From an uncultured virus (IMG/VR IMGVR_UViG_3300025325_000016) (lineage: Duplodnaviria > Heunggongvirae > Uroviricota > Caudoviricetes), in IMG/VR virus record IMGVR_UViG_3300025325_000016: a DNA stretch of 64,000 bases; one strand, given 5' to 3'. The notes beneath the pieces are model-generated. The model searched no databases, had not been told where the DNA came from, and worked only from the letters and a program-made list of their open reading frames with translations. Below are positions 21,950-32,447 of the stretch, piece by piece. Numbering within the stretch: the first letter of the stretch is position 1; each line of letters begins with the position of its first letter. Made by a program: the position numbers and the translations under genes.

Positions 21950-23260
21950 GCCTGAACCTGAATTTCGTGGATTCTTTCAGACAGGCTACTAATCAGTTCG
22001 CACTGATCCTGATAAGTCAGGTGCTTTTCGAGGGACACGGCTGTCCTGTACCTGCCAAGCTCAGCCGACCCGAAGTTTTCATAGTTGCCCCTCTTCAGTC
22101 TCTCCTGCAACCTGGCGATGATCCTGTTTGCATTGATCCGCTGCCTGGTTATAGCAACATCTCTCTTTGTCCTTGGCATGTCTCAAGCCCTCACTTTCTC
22201 TATTGCCTTATGCAGCTCATCGAAGTTCAGGTCGATGATCAGCCAGCCGTGCTTGCGGTTCCAGTTCTCCAGTTCCCGCATCTCAGCCATGAAGTGATCG
22301 ATGTCCTGGCAGGTGGTCACGGTCAGATCGCCCTCGGCATAGCAAGCCACCTGTAACAGGTCAAACGAGTACCAGGTCTGGAAATAGTAAGCGTCCTGGC
22401 GGCTTGGGTACAGCATCCAGTTACCCTTATCCAGGATCTTCTCCATGATCCAGTGAGCATCGTGATCGCCGTCCACGTTTTCGTGAAACGACCGCCTGAC
22501 GATATTGCCCTGCTCGTTATACTCGGGCGGATAATATTTATCATTCAGTCTCTTGACGATTACAGCAAGCTCGGCGTGCTCATAGACGACCCACTTCGCA
22601 TTGGGATCGGGCAGGATTGCCGTCTCGTGTCCTTCAGTAAGGACTAGAGCATCCTCAAGTTCACCCCAACCCCCTTTGCCCCAATAGAGCTGGCTTTTCT
22701 CGATGACCCATTTGGGATCTTTAATAGGGAAAGTTCCGTTGTAATGCCAGTATAAAATGCCAGCCAGTTCCCCGCAGCGACTTTCGGCCTCGCTTATGTT
22801 CATCATGTGATTCTTATTCGGCATACAGACACTCTCGGGCGCCCTCAAGATCAGTCTTAATAGGTTCTTCCTCGTTGATATCCGGCCACAGGGCGACCGT
22901 CAGCCTGCCACCGTAGTATTCAATCCAGATTGGGAGACCTTGCTTAGGTATATCACCGTATTGACCATAACCCTCAGCATAAATCCCAATCCCTGCCGGA
23001 TAAATTTCTACCCGGCCTTTCAGTGTTCTTACTGGACAGCTATCGTCGATAATCTCGAACTTTATGGTGCGCATAGTATTACTTCTTCAGGCCAAGGAAA
23101 ACCATACTCATGTGGATCTGCCCGGAATACCTGACCACGCAAGCCCCAACCATACTCTCTGGTCGGGTGACCAGGATGATAAGGGGCCCACCAGTACATC
23201 ATGAAAGTACAGCGACCCTTCGAGTCTACAGGAGAGAGGTACTCTATACGATCAAATAGC

Positions 23261-23275
23261 ATCAGACTGTCTGAG
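23261..23275. repeat. near-perfect palindrome copy ATCAGAC-T-GTCTGAG
   Basis: One mismatch to consensus. Confidence 0.8.
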
Positions 23276-25195
23276 GCTCTTCTTCCCAATATGCCTTAAT
23301 CCTCTTTATCAAGTCATCCAGTTCTTCGTCCGTAATAGAGAGAATTTCGTTCTCTCGCATGAAACTGTCCTGCAGCTCATCCCTTAAAGCTTGGTGGGCA
23401 CACTCGATCAGTGCTTCTCTCTGAAACTCATTCAGTGAGGTAAAGAACTTAAGACTATCCCGGCTGTAAGTCATCTATGTAATCCTTACCACAGACATCG
23501 CAGGAGAACAGGGATTTGCCATTGATGTCCGTGTCACACCAGATATAGTCACCACCACACTCGCATGGCGGCAGTGATGCTTCTTTCATCTCGATGGCGT
23601 TTTCTCGCATCCTTCCACGCCAGTCATTGCACTCGTCAATGTAAGCTTGACCAAAGTTCTCATCGGTCATTTCCGTTTCATCGCTATTTCCCACAGCTCA
23701 TCGCCTGTGAAGCCCTCCACCCAAAACTTACGGATCTTCTCGGCCCATTCAATTTGCAGATCCGATTGTGGTCGTATATAGTGTTCCAGGATAAAGCTGG
23801 CTCTCACCCACGACTCTCCGGCCATCTCTGGAGCCATATATCCAGCGTCCCTCTTGACTCCTTCAAGCTGAACCCTCACAGTCTCTTTGTGCTCGAAGTC
23901 ATCGGGGATATGCTTGATAACAGTGTTGATTGTTTCGACAATATCTCTAGTCATTTCATTTTCCCCTAGCCTATGAACAGACTAAATACAAACAAAGTCA
24001 GCCAGGCAACTACAAATCCCCCCCAATAAGTGTACGAATCCATAGAAGATGGAGCAAGACTTACGCATAAAAATATTAATAGCGTAACTATTCCAGTAAT
24101 ACAAAATTTTGCGATTAGTTTAATCATGTCATTGTTCCTTTTTGTAAGGTTCTATTCTTTCGATGCTATACTGCTTCGTCCTGACGAGATGGTCAACCTC
24201 GTTAGCAATAGCCTCGTTCAGTTTATTCTCTTCAGGAATATCAGCACGTTCGTCATAGGCGCATTGGGGAAAGATATCAGGCTGTTCCCACATGCACATT
24301 TCCATCGCTACTCCTATCTCCAGCACCCGGTAGACTAAGCCTCTGGATGTACGAAATATCTGGAAGTCTACAGGGAGTTGGACTGGTGTAATTGTGGCTA
24401 GGAACCGGGCAACTCCGATCTGCTGCTGCAGATCATCGTCAGACTTTGCTCGAAAGGCGTACATGACTGTGCTCATAAGAGTAGCCCTCTCGCTGCAAAA
24501 ATTGCATTACGGATTGTGCTCAGCCCGCCTTTGTCTACTGGCTGAGTGTCTACCAATAAGGCAATATCGGTCTCTCTCAGATTTTCCAGCCATTCGAGAG
24601 CAAACTCACAGGCCTCCAACAGGTTAGGACTTTCGGCCATCACGCGAGCATTGTCCAGGTCTTGTTGCAGCCCGCGCTCTGTTCGGGTCAAGCGGGCAAT
24701 TTCACGCATGTCCGCTTCACTGTTACCCCGAATACGTAATACTCGAGGGCCCCAAGGCTGGTCTACGATCCAAGGCTTAGGTGTATGTGCCATCTGCGTC
24801 TAGTCCTGATACCCATAACAATTCACGAAGGCCCGGAAAGGCGCCATCCTCGACCGGGACATAGAGTGTAACAATAGCGCACTTCCGTTTACTGTGTAGA
24901 ATGGTCTTGTCAACTGCCTCCAGAAGACTGACATTTCCAAGCACTTCAAGCAGCTCGCCTGCAACTGTCTCAATATGGTAGATAAGATAGCTGACCTCGG
25001 CAAGCTGCTTAGGTGTATACAATTCCAGATCGACTTCTGCCAGTTCACCCAGCTTGCAAGAGCCACAGGTACACAGATCTGTACGAGACAGGCCGATCGA
25101 GGGATTATCTACAGGGTTATAGATCCGTAGATCCCCAACCAGTTGCATCCAGTATTTTTCGCCACAGTCCCTATGGTAGTAGAGATACTTAATCA

Positions 25196-25204
25196 TGTTA
25201 TACT
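25196..25204 (+). promoter_or_regulatory. extended -10 promoter (TGTTATACT), probably giving a leaderless mRNA
   Basis: TGnTATACT ends 6 nt before ATG 25211; no Shine-Dalgarno. Confidence 0.55.
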
Positions 25205-25210
25205 CACAGT

Positions 25211-25798
25211 ATGTCGCTTTCCGAGACGAACAAGTCCGTCCGTATCTTGCAGGCAATGACCGCCCTGCAGCTTATTATCCGGGGTATCCCGAAGGAAGCA
25301 GCTTGCGAACAGACCGGGCTATCCGAGTGGCAGTTCGACCAGTGGATCGCCTCCGAGAACGAGGCGATCGAGCAGCTCCAGCATGACATCGCCGAAGCTG
25401 AGCGGATCAGGCTGGCCCAGCTTGCCAATGCTCAAGCTATCCTCTTGACCAGCCTGATCGATAGCGTCACTGTGAAGGGCTACGCCGACCACGAAACACA
25501 ACTTAAGGTTCTAAAGTATATCGACAACCTGCGAAAAGAGCTAGAGACCAAGCATGGTGTCCATACTCAGACCGATGAGGCCCAAGAATACATCATGGCC
25601 GGGCCCCAAACTCGGGTAGAGGACAGCAAGATGCACGTCCCGCTGGAGATGTCCAGGTCTACCGTCAACATTAAGACGATGCCTGATGGTTCGGTAGACC
25701 TGACCATTCCAGTTCCCACAAATATCATCGATATCTTTCCAGCATTAGACGACGGGCTAGCTGCCACTTCCGAGGAGGAAAGTGATCCGGTCAGCTAG
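25211..25798 (+). CDS. HTH protein, candidate terminase small subunit or regulator
   Basis: GIPKEAACEQTGLSEWQFDQW HTH followed by helical segments; the only convincing + strand gene in the minus arm. Confidence 0.55.
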   Translation: MSLSETNKSVRILQAMTALQLIIRGIPKEAACEQTGLSEWQFDQWIASENEAIEQLQHDIAEAERIRLAQLANAQAILLTSLIDSVTVKGYADHETQLKVLKYIDNLRKELETKHGVHTQTDEAQEYIMAGPQTRVEDSKMHVPLEMSRSTVNIKTMPDGSVDLTIPVPTNIIDIFPALDDGLAATSEEESDPVS

Positions 25799-26332
25799 CT
25801 TGTCGACCGTAAAGTCATCCTGGTGCTTTCCACCAGTAGCCTCACTCAGCTTCCTGAGGAAGTCACGTCCTTCCCTTTCGTGCTCGGGGCCCACATAGAT
25901 TGTGTCTATGTGAGTCTCAAAAGTCTTGGCAATCCGTAGAGTCTCCTTGGGATCGTCCGGTTCACCATCCGAGATCACGACGATGGCAATGTTCATGCCA
26001 TCGATCCGTTTGACGAAGTTCAGGGCATCAGCCATATTGGTGCTGCCACCTGACAGGATAGGGCGACCGTTTTCCTGCCATGCGGTAAAACTACTAAAGC
26101 TGATCACTGCAATCTGTCCGGGATTGGCCTCCTGCAGTCTGATGAGCTCGTTTTCCAGCACATCAAAGCGGGTCTGGCCTCCCCGACTATCGGCCATGTT
26201 CATTGAGCCGCTGCCGTCACAGATAGCAGCGAGCTTACAGTTGAGCCAGGTTGCGGCTAAAGGCTGGCCTGTCCGTTGAGACTCATCCAGCATCGAGCCC
26301 TTCACTACATGCTTGGATAGTTGGTTATTCAT
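25757..26332 (-). CDS. von Willebrand factor A (vWA) domain protein
   Basis: MIDAS DGSGSM, GGST, VISDGEP, IDTIYVG, LSEATGG. Confidence 0.85.
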   Translation of the reverse strand: MNNQLSKHVVKGSMLDESQRTGQPLAATWLNCKLAAICDGSGSMNMADSRGGQTRFDVLENELIRLQEANPGQIAVISFSSFTAWQENGRPILSGGSTNMADALNFVKRIDGMNIAIVVISDGEPDDPKETLRIAKTFETHIDTIYVGPEHEREGRDFLRKLSEATGGKHQDDFTVDKLADRITFLLGSGS

Positions 26333-26518
26333 CTTTGTAGCCAGGCATCTCGTAGTATTTCTTCAGGCAGTCCGGGCAAATCACAGCTCCATAGCCTGTA
26401 CCAGAGCGCACGGCCCAACCCACGTAATGAGTGTGCATGGATATGCCTCCCTCGGCACCACACAGCCTGTCATGCCCGTTTGTCGTAATGTGCTGTATTT
26501 CTTTTTCTATATCCATAT

Positions 26519-27367
26519 TTAGACCCACATCACAGTTGGTTCGGTATCCCCCATCAGCCAGGAAGTTACCAGGGTGCGACCACGTTCGTCTATAATGTCA
26601 TCCCATTTGTAGACCTTCCGAATGAACGCTCTGCCCATGATAACCTCATAGTCACAGTCGATGACTCCGCATCGCAGAGCCGGCTTATAGTCCTGCGACC
26701 ACAACTTATAGTGGTAGTTCCTCTGTATCTTGGTCTCTCTAGAAGAGTCCATCATAGACTGGCCGAGGTCATACAGTTTCTTCTGTCTTGGATCAGACAG
26801 CAGATCGTATGCCTCATTGATGGTCTTGAAGCGGTCTTCAGCATCCGGTTCCTTGCAGATATCCGGGTGCCACTGGCGGGCCATACGCCGGTAAGCCGAC
26901 TTGATCTCGGCCTGGTCATCAGTCTTGTGCTTGATGCCTAAGACCAGATAGTATGACCCGCTGACCTGATCATTATCGTCATTCAAGTCCAGCCCATCGA
27001 ACCAGTTGCGCAGCACGTCATCCGGGAATACCACTGACCATTCTCTGGTCTCGAAGTGCAGCCCGAAAGACGTATAAGTGCCGTCCTCCCGTTCCTTACA
27101 GGCGCCGACATAAAGCAACTTGATAGTGCCCCGCTTGCGCTTGATTGTCAGATTTACTTGTGGAATGTTGGGACTTTCATCGAAATATCGGTAGCATAGC
27201 CTCTGTACCTGCTGACCATGCTTCGGGTGAACCAGCCACAACTTAGCAGGCCTATCCCAACGGCGCTCGTGAGATGGAATAGCTTGCTTCAGTTCTTCGA
27301 CGAAATGCCTGTCATAAGGCGTTCTGACAGCAATTCCGTCGCTGTGAGCTTCTAGCCTGCATCTCAT
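26519..27367 (-). CDS. J-domain (DnaJ-like) co-chaperone with extra N- and C-terminal domains
   Basis: YYLVLG...[16 protein letters not shown]...[20 protein letters not shown]. Confidence 0.9.
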   Translation of the reverse strand: MRCRLEAHSDGIAVRTPYDRHFVEELKQAIPSHERRWDRPAKLWLVHPKHGQQVQRLCYRYFDESPNIPQVNLTIKRKRGTIKLLYVGACKEREDGTYTSFGLHFETREWSVVFPDDVLRNWFDGLDLNDDNDQVSGSYYLVLGIKHKTDDQAEIKSAYRRMARQWHPDICKEPDAEDRFKTINEAYDLLSDPRQKKLYDLGQSMMDSSRETKIQRNYHYKLWSQDYKPALRCGVIDCDYEVIMGRAFIRKVYKWDDIIDERGRTLVTSWLMGDTEPTVMWV

Positions 27368-27379
27368 CTTGGATTGGGT

Positions 27380-27406
27380 GGGGGAGGGGATAATCTCCCC
27401 TCCCCC
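27380..27406 (-). terminator. GC-rich hairpin after ssb (11-bp stem, no U-tract)
   Basis: GGGGGAGGGGA-TAATC-TCCCCTCCCCC. Confidence 0.5.
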
Positions 27407-27416
27407 GACATCTCAG

Positions 27417-27866
27417 TTAGAACGGAATGCCGTCGTCAACTGTAGAAGCAGTGACCGGGGTGGCGGCAGTGGCGTCATCCGGCTGGTCTGCCTGCCTCTT
27501 GGAAGGCAGATACTTGATAACCTGTGCAGTGACCTCGAACGATGCACGTGAACTGCCGTCCTGGGCAGTCCACACTTCAGGGCCATTGCATTGAAGTTCA
27601 CCATTCTTACCAGTGACGAACTTGGCAGTGATATCCCCCTCGACATAAATGGCGTCGCCCTTGTGCTTATAGGCGACCAGATTTTCGCCGAGCTTACCCC
27701 ATGCAGTAATGCGCCAAAATTTCGTGCGCTTGACTCTCGTCCCATTGCTATCAGTATAGCTGGCATCGGTTGCCAGCCCGCAGTTCGCTACCGCCTGGTT
27801 GGTAGGCGTGTACCTAAGCTCAGGGTCACCAGTGAGATTGCCGATTAGCATTACTTTTTCTAACAT
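27417..27866 (-). CDS. ssb: single-stranded DNA-binding protein
   Basis: KVMLIGNLTGDPELRYTP...AWGKLGE...KGDAIYVEG; acidic C-terminus DDGIPF. Confidence 0.95.
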   Translation of the reverse strand: MLEKVMLIGNLTGDPELRYTPTNQAVANCGLATDASYTDSNGTRVKRTKFWRITAWGKLGENLVAYKHKGDAIYVEGDITAKFVTGKNGELQCNGPEVWTAQDGSSRASFEVTAQVIKYLPSKRQADQPDDATAATPVTASTVDDGIPF

Positions 27867-27969
27867 TGTCTTGTTCTCCGTTTCAGTATAAATTCAGTGT
27901 ACATCCTTACATCCTTTCCTCAGACGTATGAGTTGCCCCCAAACTGTTCCAAACTAAGGTGATTTAGGT

Positions 27970-27997
27970 ATTTTATCACCTTGTTAGTAGATGTCAA
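27970..27997 (-). promoter_or_regulatory. sigma70-type promoter TTGACA-N16-TAAAAT (with TG extension) upstream of ssb
   Basis: Read directly. Inverted repeat AAGGTGAT (27956-27963) / ATCACCTT (27975-27982) brackets the -10. A degenerate palindrome CTCAGACGTATGAG lies at 27919-27932 in the leader. Confidence 0.7.
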
Positions 27998-28222
27998 GAA
28001 GTAGTAGTCTTGTTGGGACATCCGTGCTCGTGGCAGGGCACACCATTGATCACGGTAGCTTCACACTGCGAGCACCTGACCTCATAATGACCCTCTTTTC
28101 GGTTGTAGTAAGTCTTGTCAAAGCCGAGCTGTCTCAGCTTTCTTCCAAGGTTCGTCTTCTTGGTCATCTATATATATCCTAAACGCTTCACTCGGGCGAC
28201 CAGCCACACAGCAAAGTGCAGC

Positions 28223-28237
28223 CTCAGACAGTCTGAG
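28223..28237. repeat. dispersed palindrome copy CTCAGAC-A-GTCTGAG
   Basis: Read directly. Confidence 0.95.
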
Positions 28238-29714
28238 ACTATCTTCTCTGCCTTGTCGTGGATCTCGGCTACGTCTCGGCAGTGCTGACGCTGGTAATGC
28301 CTCAGCATATACTTGTTCAGGCAGATTATCATCTGTTCCCGGGAATGCCCCGCACGGAGCATTCGATAAACGAACTGTTCCTCTTTCATCTTTCATTGTC
28401 CAGTAAAGCTCTCTGATGTTCAGCAGCCGGGTGCTTGCTTTCCAGACAACGCTTACAGGTTACTTCTATCCACTTGTTTGTGGTGAATGCCCACAATTGC
28501 CATTTGCCGAGATAGTGTAGCCCGCAGACAGTGACAGAAACGTTCGGCTTGGTGAAATGGATCTTCAATTGCACCTGTCCTCCCAATATTCAGTCTTAGC
28601 CATGAAGCCGGTCATAATTTGCTTGACTGTCCTCCCAATGATCAGGCCGATCGACTTCCCGTCATTTACTCTGCAGTAGTGAACCTCGAAGTCATCACCA
28701 TTTTCGGTACACGCATAGCGCTTTGGTGTGCAGTTCCAGGTCATTTCAGTCGGGATAGTCAGAGCATTCCACTTCTCGTTAGCATGTCCATCCAGGGCAT
28801 GCCGAGTCAGCGGCAAGCCCTCATAGTCCAAGAGCTCGGGGATATCGTCGACCGGGGCATCGAGCACGCCGCTCTCGGCAACCATACTGATACCATCAGA
28901 GATTCCCTGTCCGGCTTGTGGCGCCATTGCCAACATGAACATGGCGAAGAACACCAGCGGAACCAGGATAAAAAGCAGCAGTTTACCCATGTTCAATTTT
29001 CCTCAGCTCGGACTGCAGCCAGTTGGATACATTGACCTCGGCATGATTGGCAAGCAATGCCTGAAAAGTACCAAAGACGCCTGGGACAACGCTCTCGATC
29101 TCTATAACCCCGATACGTTCACATTCAATGATACTTTCATCGAGGCCAGCGACCAGTTCCTTAAGAACTACTATCTGAGTTTCCATCTAATAATCCTCCT
29201 CGCTCCACACTTCACCAGCGTCCAGTGGATCAAAATCAGGTGGAGGCACGTCCGGTACAAAAGTATAAGGCTGGCCGGTATTATGCTCCAGAACTTCTGC
29301 ATCTGGATAAATCAGCAATGCCTCCTGGGCATTATGAAAAGAGCCACAGTTCTGCTTGAATAGCTGACCAGCCAGAACACTGGACTTTCCATATGTCCCA
29401 TGCTCATAAACAGTGACAGCAAATCCTCGTTCAACCAGCTTGGGACTGCTGGTCGGCTCGATCGTAATTTTCATCGTCGGGATCTCATTACAACCCAAGC
29501 AGGAGTTTAATCACAGCTAGTCCCTGCTGCTCCTGGTCGCCAAGCCTGATCTCAAATTCCATAATGGGCTTGGCGATCTCTATTGCAGTCGGGTTCTCCA
29601 AGTCTCGCCACTCGGCAGAGACAGGGCTTCCGGGGTACTGGTCAACGAATGTGTCTATCAGTCTATAGAGAATCGTCTTCTTGGTCTCGTTCATTTGTGA
29701 CGTTTGCGCTTAGG

Positions 29715-29730
29715 CTCAGACGCGTCTGAG
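29715..29730. repeat. dispersed palindrome copy CTCAGAC-GC-GTCTGAG
   Basis: Read directly. Confidence 0.95.
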
Positions 29731-31252
29731 GGTTTTGGATCTACGATCCTGGCCCCGTGGCGATCCATAGAATAAAGCTTGTCGCCGCTAACAACAAGAC
29801 CCGTCCCTGGTTTGAGGGATGCAATGTACCAGTCAAGAGCAGCACGATCGCCAGAAAAGAAATCAAGCAGAACACGGTGACTAGGCATATGATGATGATC
29901 CCCACACAGGTAGGGCGACGGTGCCAGGTTTCCCCTTTGTCGTCGACCAGGCAGTCCTCTTCCGGATCGTATTTGAGTACCATTTAGTACCTGTCGTAGT
30001 AATACACCTTCACCAGAAACCAGCCTCTCCTCCAGTTAGAGTGCGCTTCACTCCAACTGACACCATTAACAGTATAGTTCTCGACATCCCCAAAGCGTCT
30101 GAGCGCGCTGCTATTGGGTGCTGTCACAACCAGGCTACGGGTCTCGCCAGCCTTATTCTTGTAGACGGCCCGTATTCCGCACTGCCTGCCAGTATGGTAT
30201 CCGCCAGCACCGATGACTACACCCACCGGCCATTGCCCATTGGTAGGAGTCCGGCTGGCGATATAGCACCCGCTCGGCACAGCAGCCACGGTCACAATGA
30301 AAATGACCAGGGCAATCAGTAGGGAGAGAGAAGATCGTTTACTCATGGAATCCACACGCAGTATTTCCCGTTCCATTCACCGAACTCACAGCCGTGAGCG
30401 ACGACTGGCAGGAACACCGTGCTATCAGTGCCCGCATTTGCTTTTACAACGATCAGGGTAATCAAGATTAGCAGAAACAGTATAGCGAAGAGGATTACGT
30501 GTGTCTTTCTCATGTGTTAGTATTAACGCAGAAATGCCAGGCTTGTTACAGTTCCCCATAAACAGCAGCTCTCATCCTGGCTCTCTGATACTCCATAGTC
30601 TTATCAAGTACATACTTCACCAGTCCCATCTCACACTCATGACAAACCCATATCCCCTCACTCCCAAATACATATATAGGGAGATGCCTGACCTCAGTAA
30701 TAGCATTGCAGATAGTGCACTGGCCTTGATGTGAGTTTACTACCATAGAGTATACGGGATGCTTTGTCAGTTCCCCTCTCAGCCAGTACGCTTACCCTTG
30801 CCAGCAGTTGCGGCCAGTATAAAGATACCGCCTAACAGCAAACCAAATGCCAGTCCAACAATACACAGTCCTTCGGGAATAGTGGTCAACATAATCATGT
30901 TATTTACGCTCTTCGGGTATCCCACAGACGATGCAGGCATCATGCATCGGGTCAGCCTTATGGTCATAAATGCAATAACCCCAGGGATTGTCACACGTCC
31001 AGGCACCAATGACATAGTTCAGGCTCTCCCATGTGATGGGTAGAGGGTTCTCGGGAGTTGGGATAGTGTAATAGCCTGCATCCGTCCCAAATTCCCTGTA
31101 GAACACTTCAGCATTTTTAGGGCTGCTCTCAAACACAGTCTTCTTGTTGGTATGAGATAGGACGTTCGTCAGTTCTGAAACAAAAGAACCCGGCAGTGGG
31201 AAGTAAGCTACAGCAACATTTGCTACTTTGGTTGTTTGTGGCATTTGAGATC

Positions 31253-31267
31253 CTCAGACTGTCTGAG
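31253..31267. repeat. dispersed palindrome copy CTCAGAC-T-GTCTGAG
   Basis: Read directly; intergenic, just upstream of the ORF 30900-31244 start. Confidence 0.95.
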
Positions 31268-31362
31268 GTTAGCCTCCCCGCAGGGCCGTGGCCTTTATGC
31301 GCCCGCAAGATGCGAGGGGAATGCAAGGCCCTACAGGAGAGCAAGTCTCAATAGGAGGGATT

Positions 31363-31395
31363 GGCCCAGGAGGAGGGGTTAGCTCCTCCTGGGCC
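31363..31395 (-). terminator. 13-bp GC hairpin after ORF 31406-32386 (no U-tract)
   Basis: GGCCCAGGAGGAG-GGGTTAG-CTCCTCCTGGGCC. Confidence 0.55.
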
Positions 31396-31405
31396 GGCTA
31401 TCAGG

Positions 31406-32386
31406 TTATTTCAGGACGACGACGAAACCGTTGTCACGGATGGCTTGCGCCATCGCCAGGCGAGCGATGTCGTTGTCAGCCGTCAGGAAGCGAGCACGCA
31501 ACTGCATGCCAGACGCATTCGCCAGGTAGATCGGCACCAGTGGGGTGTAGCGCTTGAGCGAGATGAACCCACCGCTCTGCAGCGGCACGTCCAGGTCACT
31601 GGCAGCAACCACCGGTGCAACACCGGTCTCGTTCGCCACAGCAGCCATCTCAGACGCCTGAGCCTTGACTGCAGACCCAAAGCGGGACGAGACACGCCCT
31701 GCGTACAGGCGTGCTTCGTTTGCCACAGCCGGGTCGTCAGACTGCACGACTGCCATTACCGCCTTGGCATCATCGAGCATCTTCGGCCCGATCGAGATGG
31801 ACACATTGTGTCCTTCGAGCGTCGCCGACATAGCCCGGCAATACCAGTAAGTCCACGGGTCGTCGTCACGTGCGGTGAAGACGGGTTCCCAGGACTTGGC
31901 GTACAGACTTCCACCGTCCAGGTGCAGGCGGCGGTAGCCCTTCTCGACGGGGATGTCAGCCGGATCGACGGTCAAGAAGACCCGGGTGTTACCCAGGTCT
32001 ACTGTGATGTCGTCAACCCCTGGCACAAAGTCGTTTCGCACGTATGCGAACGTCCCGGTGCCGTTGGCGAACGCCAGTTTCTCGGTGGGGGCCACGATCA
32101 GCAGCTTGGCGCTACCGTGCAGCCCACCAGCGATGTTCTTGGCGATGCCATTCAATCCAGCCCGAGCCTGAACAAGGTCGGTCAGGGAGAGATCCAGGGT
32201 AGGGTTCCACCCCTCGTGGTTGTAGACCACGAGACGGTGGGAAGTCCCGTTGGGGTTCTCCAGAACGATCTTGGGCAGAGCTACAGTCGTTTGGACTTTG
32301 GTGACTACGTTGGTCATCATTTGGGGTACTTCGGCAGTGGTTTCATCGACATCAGTTGATTGAAAGTCCTTTATGGTCTTAGTCAT
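31406..32386 (-). CDS. hypothetical protein (326 aa), putative pre-early gene
   Basis: Long ORF flanked by hairpins near the start of the minus arm. Confidence 0.75.
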   Translation of the reverse strand: MTKTIKDFQSTDVDETTAEVPQMMTNVVTKVQTTVALPKIVLENPNGTSHRLVVYNHEGWNPTLDLSLTDLVQARAGLNGIAKNIAGGLHGSAKLLIVAPTEKLAFANGTGTFAYVRNDFVPGVDDITVDLGNTRVFLTVDPADIPVEKGYRRLHLDGGSLYAKSWEPVFTARDDDPWTYWYCRAMSATLEGHNVSISIGPKMLDDAKAVMAVVQSDDPAVANEARLYAGRVSSRFGSAVKAQASEMAAVANETGVAPVVAASDLDVPLQSGGFISLKRYTPLVPIYLANASGMQLRARFLTADNDIARLAMAQAIRDNGFVVVLK

Positions 32387-32406
32387 TGGGTTATGGTTCT
32401 TGTAAC

Positions 32407-32436
32407 AGTGGGGGGAGTATTGCTACTCCCCCCACT
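32407..32436 (-). terminator. 13-bp hairpin with GCAA (GNRA) loop on the minus strand
   Basis: Plus strand AGTGGGGGGAGTA-TTGC-TACTCCCCCCACT. Confidence 0.55.
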
Positions 32437-32447
32437 ACAGTACAGAC

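Larger units (their letters stand above)
20873..25196 (-). other. run of small hypothetical ORFs, including a 53-aa membrane protein (23966-24127)
   Basis: ORF track plus hand translation of 23966-24127 (MIKLIAKFCITGIVTLLIFLCVSL...). Confidence 0.55.
28168..31244 (-). other. run of small hypothetical ORFs, including secreted/membrane-anchored ones (28565-28996, 29984-30376)
   Basis: ORF track; N-terminal hydrophobic helices. Confidence 0.55.

Noticed and set aside
23966..24127. Phase-variable or frameshifted gene at the G7 tract
   Set aside because: The frame stays open through the tract, giving an intact 53-aa membrane protein.
31361..32359. 332-aa + strand ORF and other long antisense ORFs (e.g. 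42024-43313, 56848-58020, 39686-40405)
   Set aside because: They are shadows of GC3-biased real genes on the opposite strand, with no motifs or RBS.
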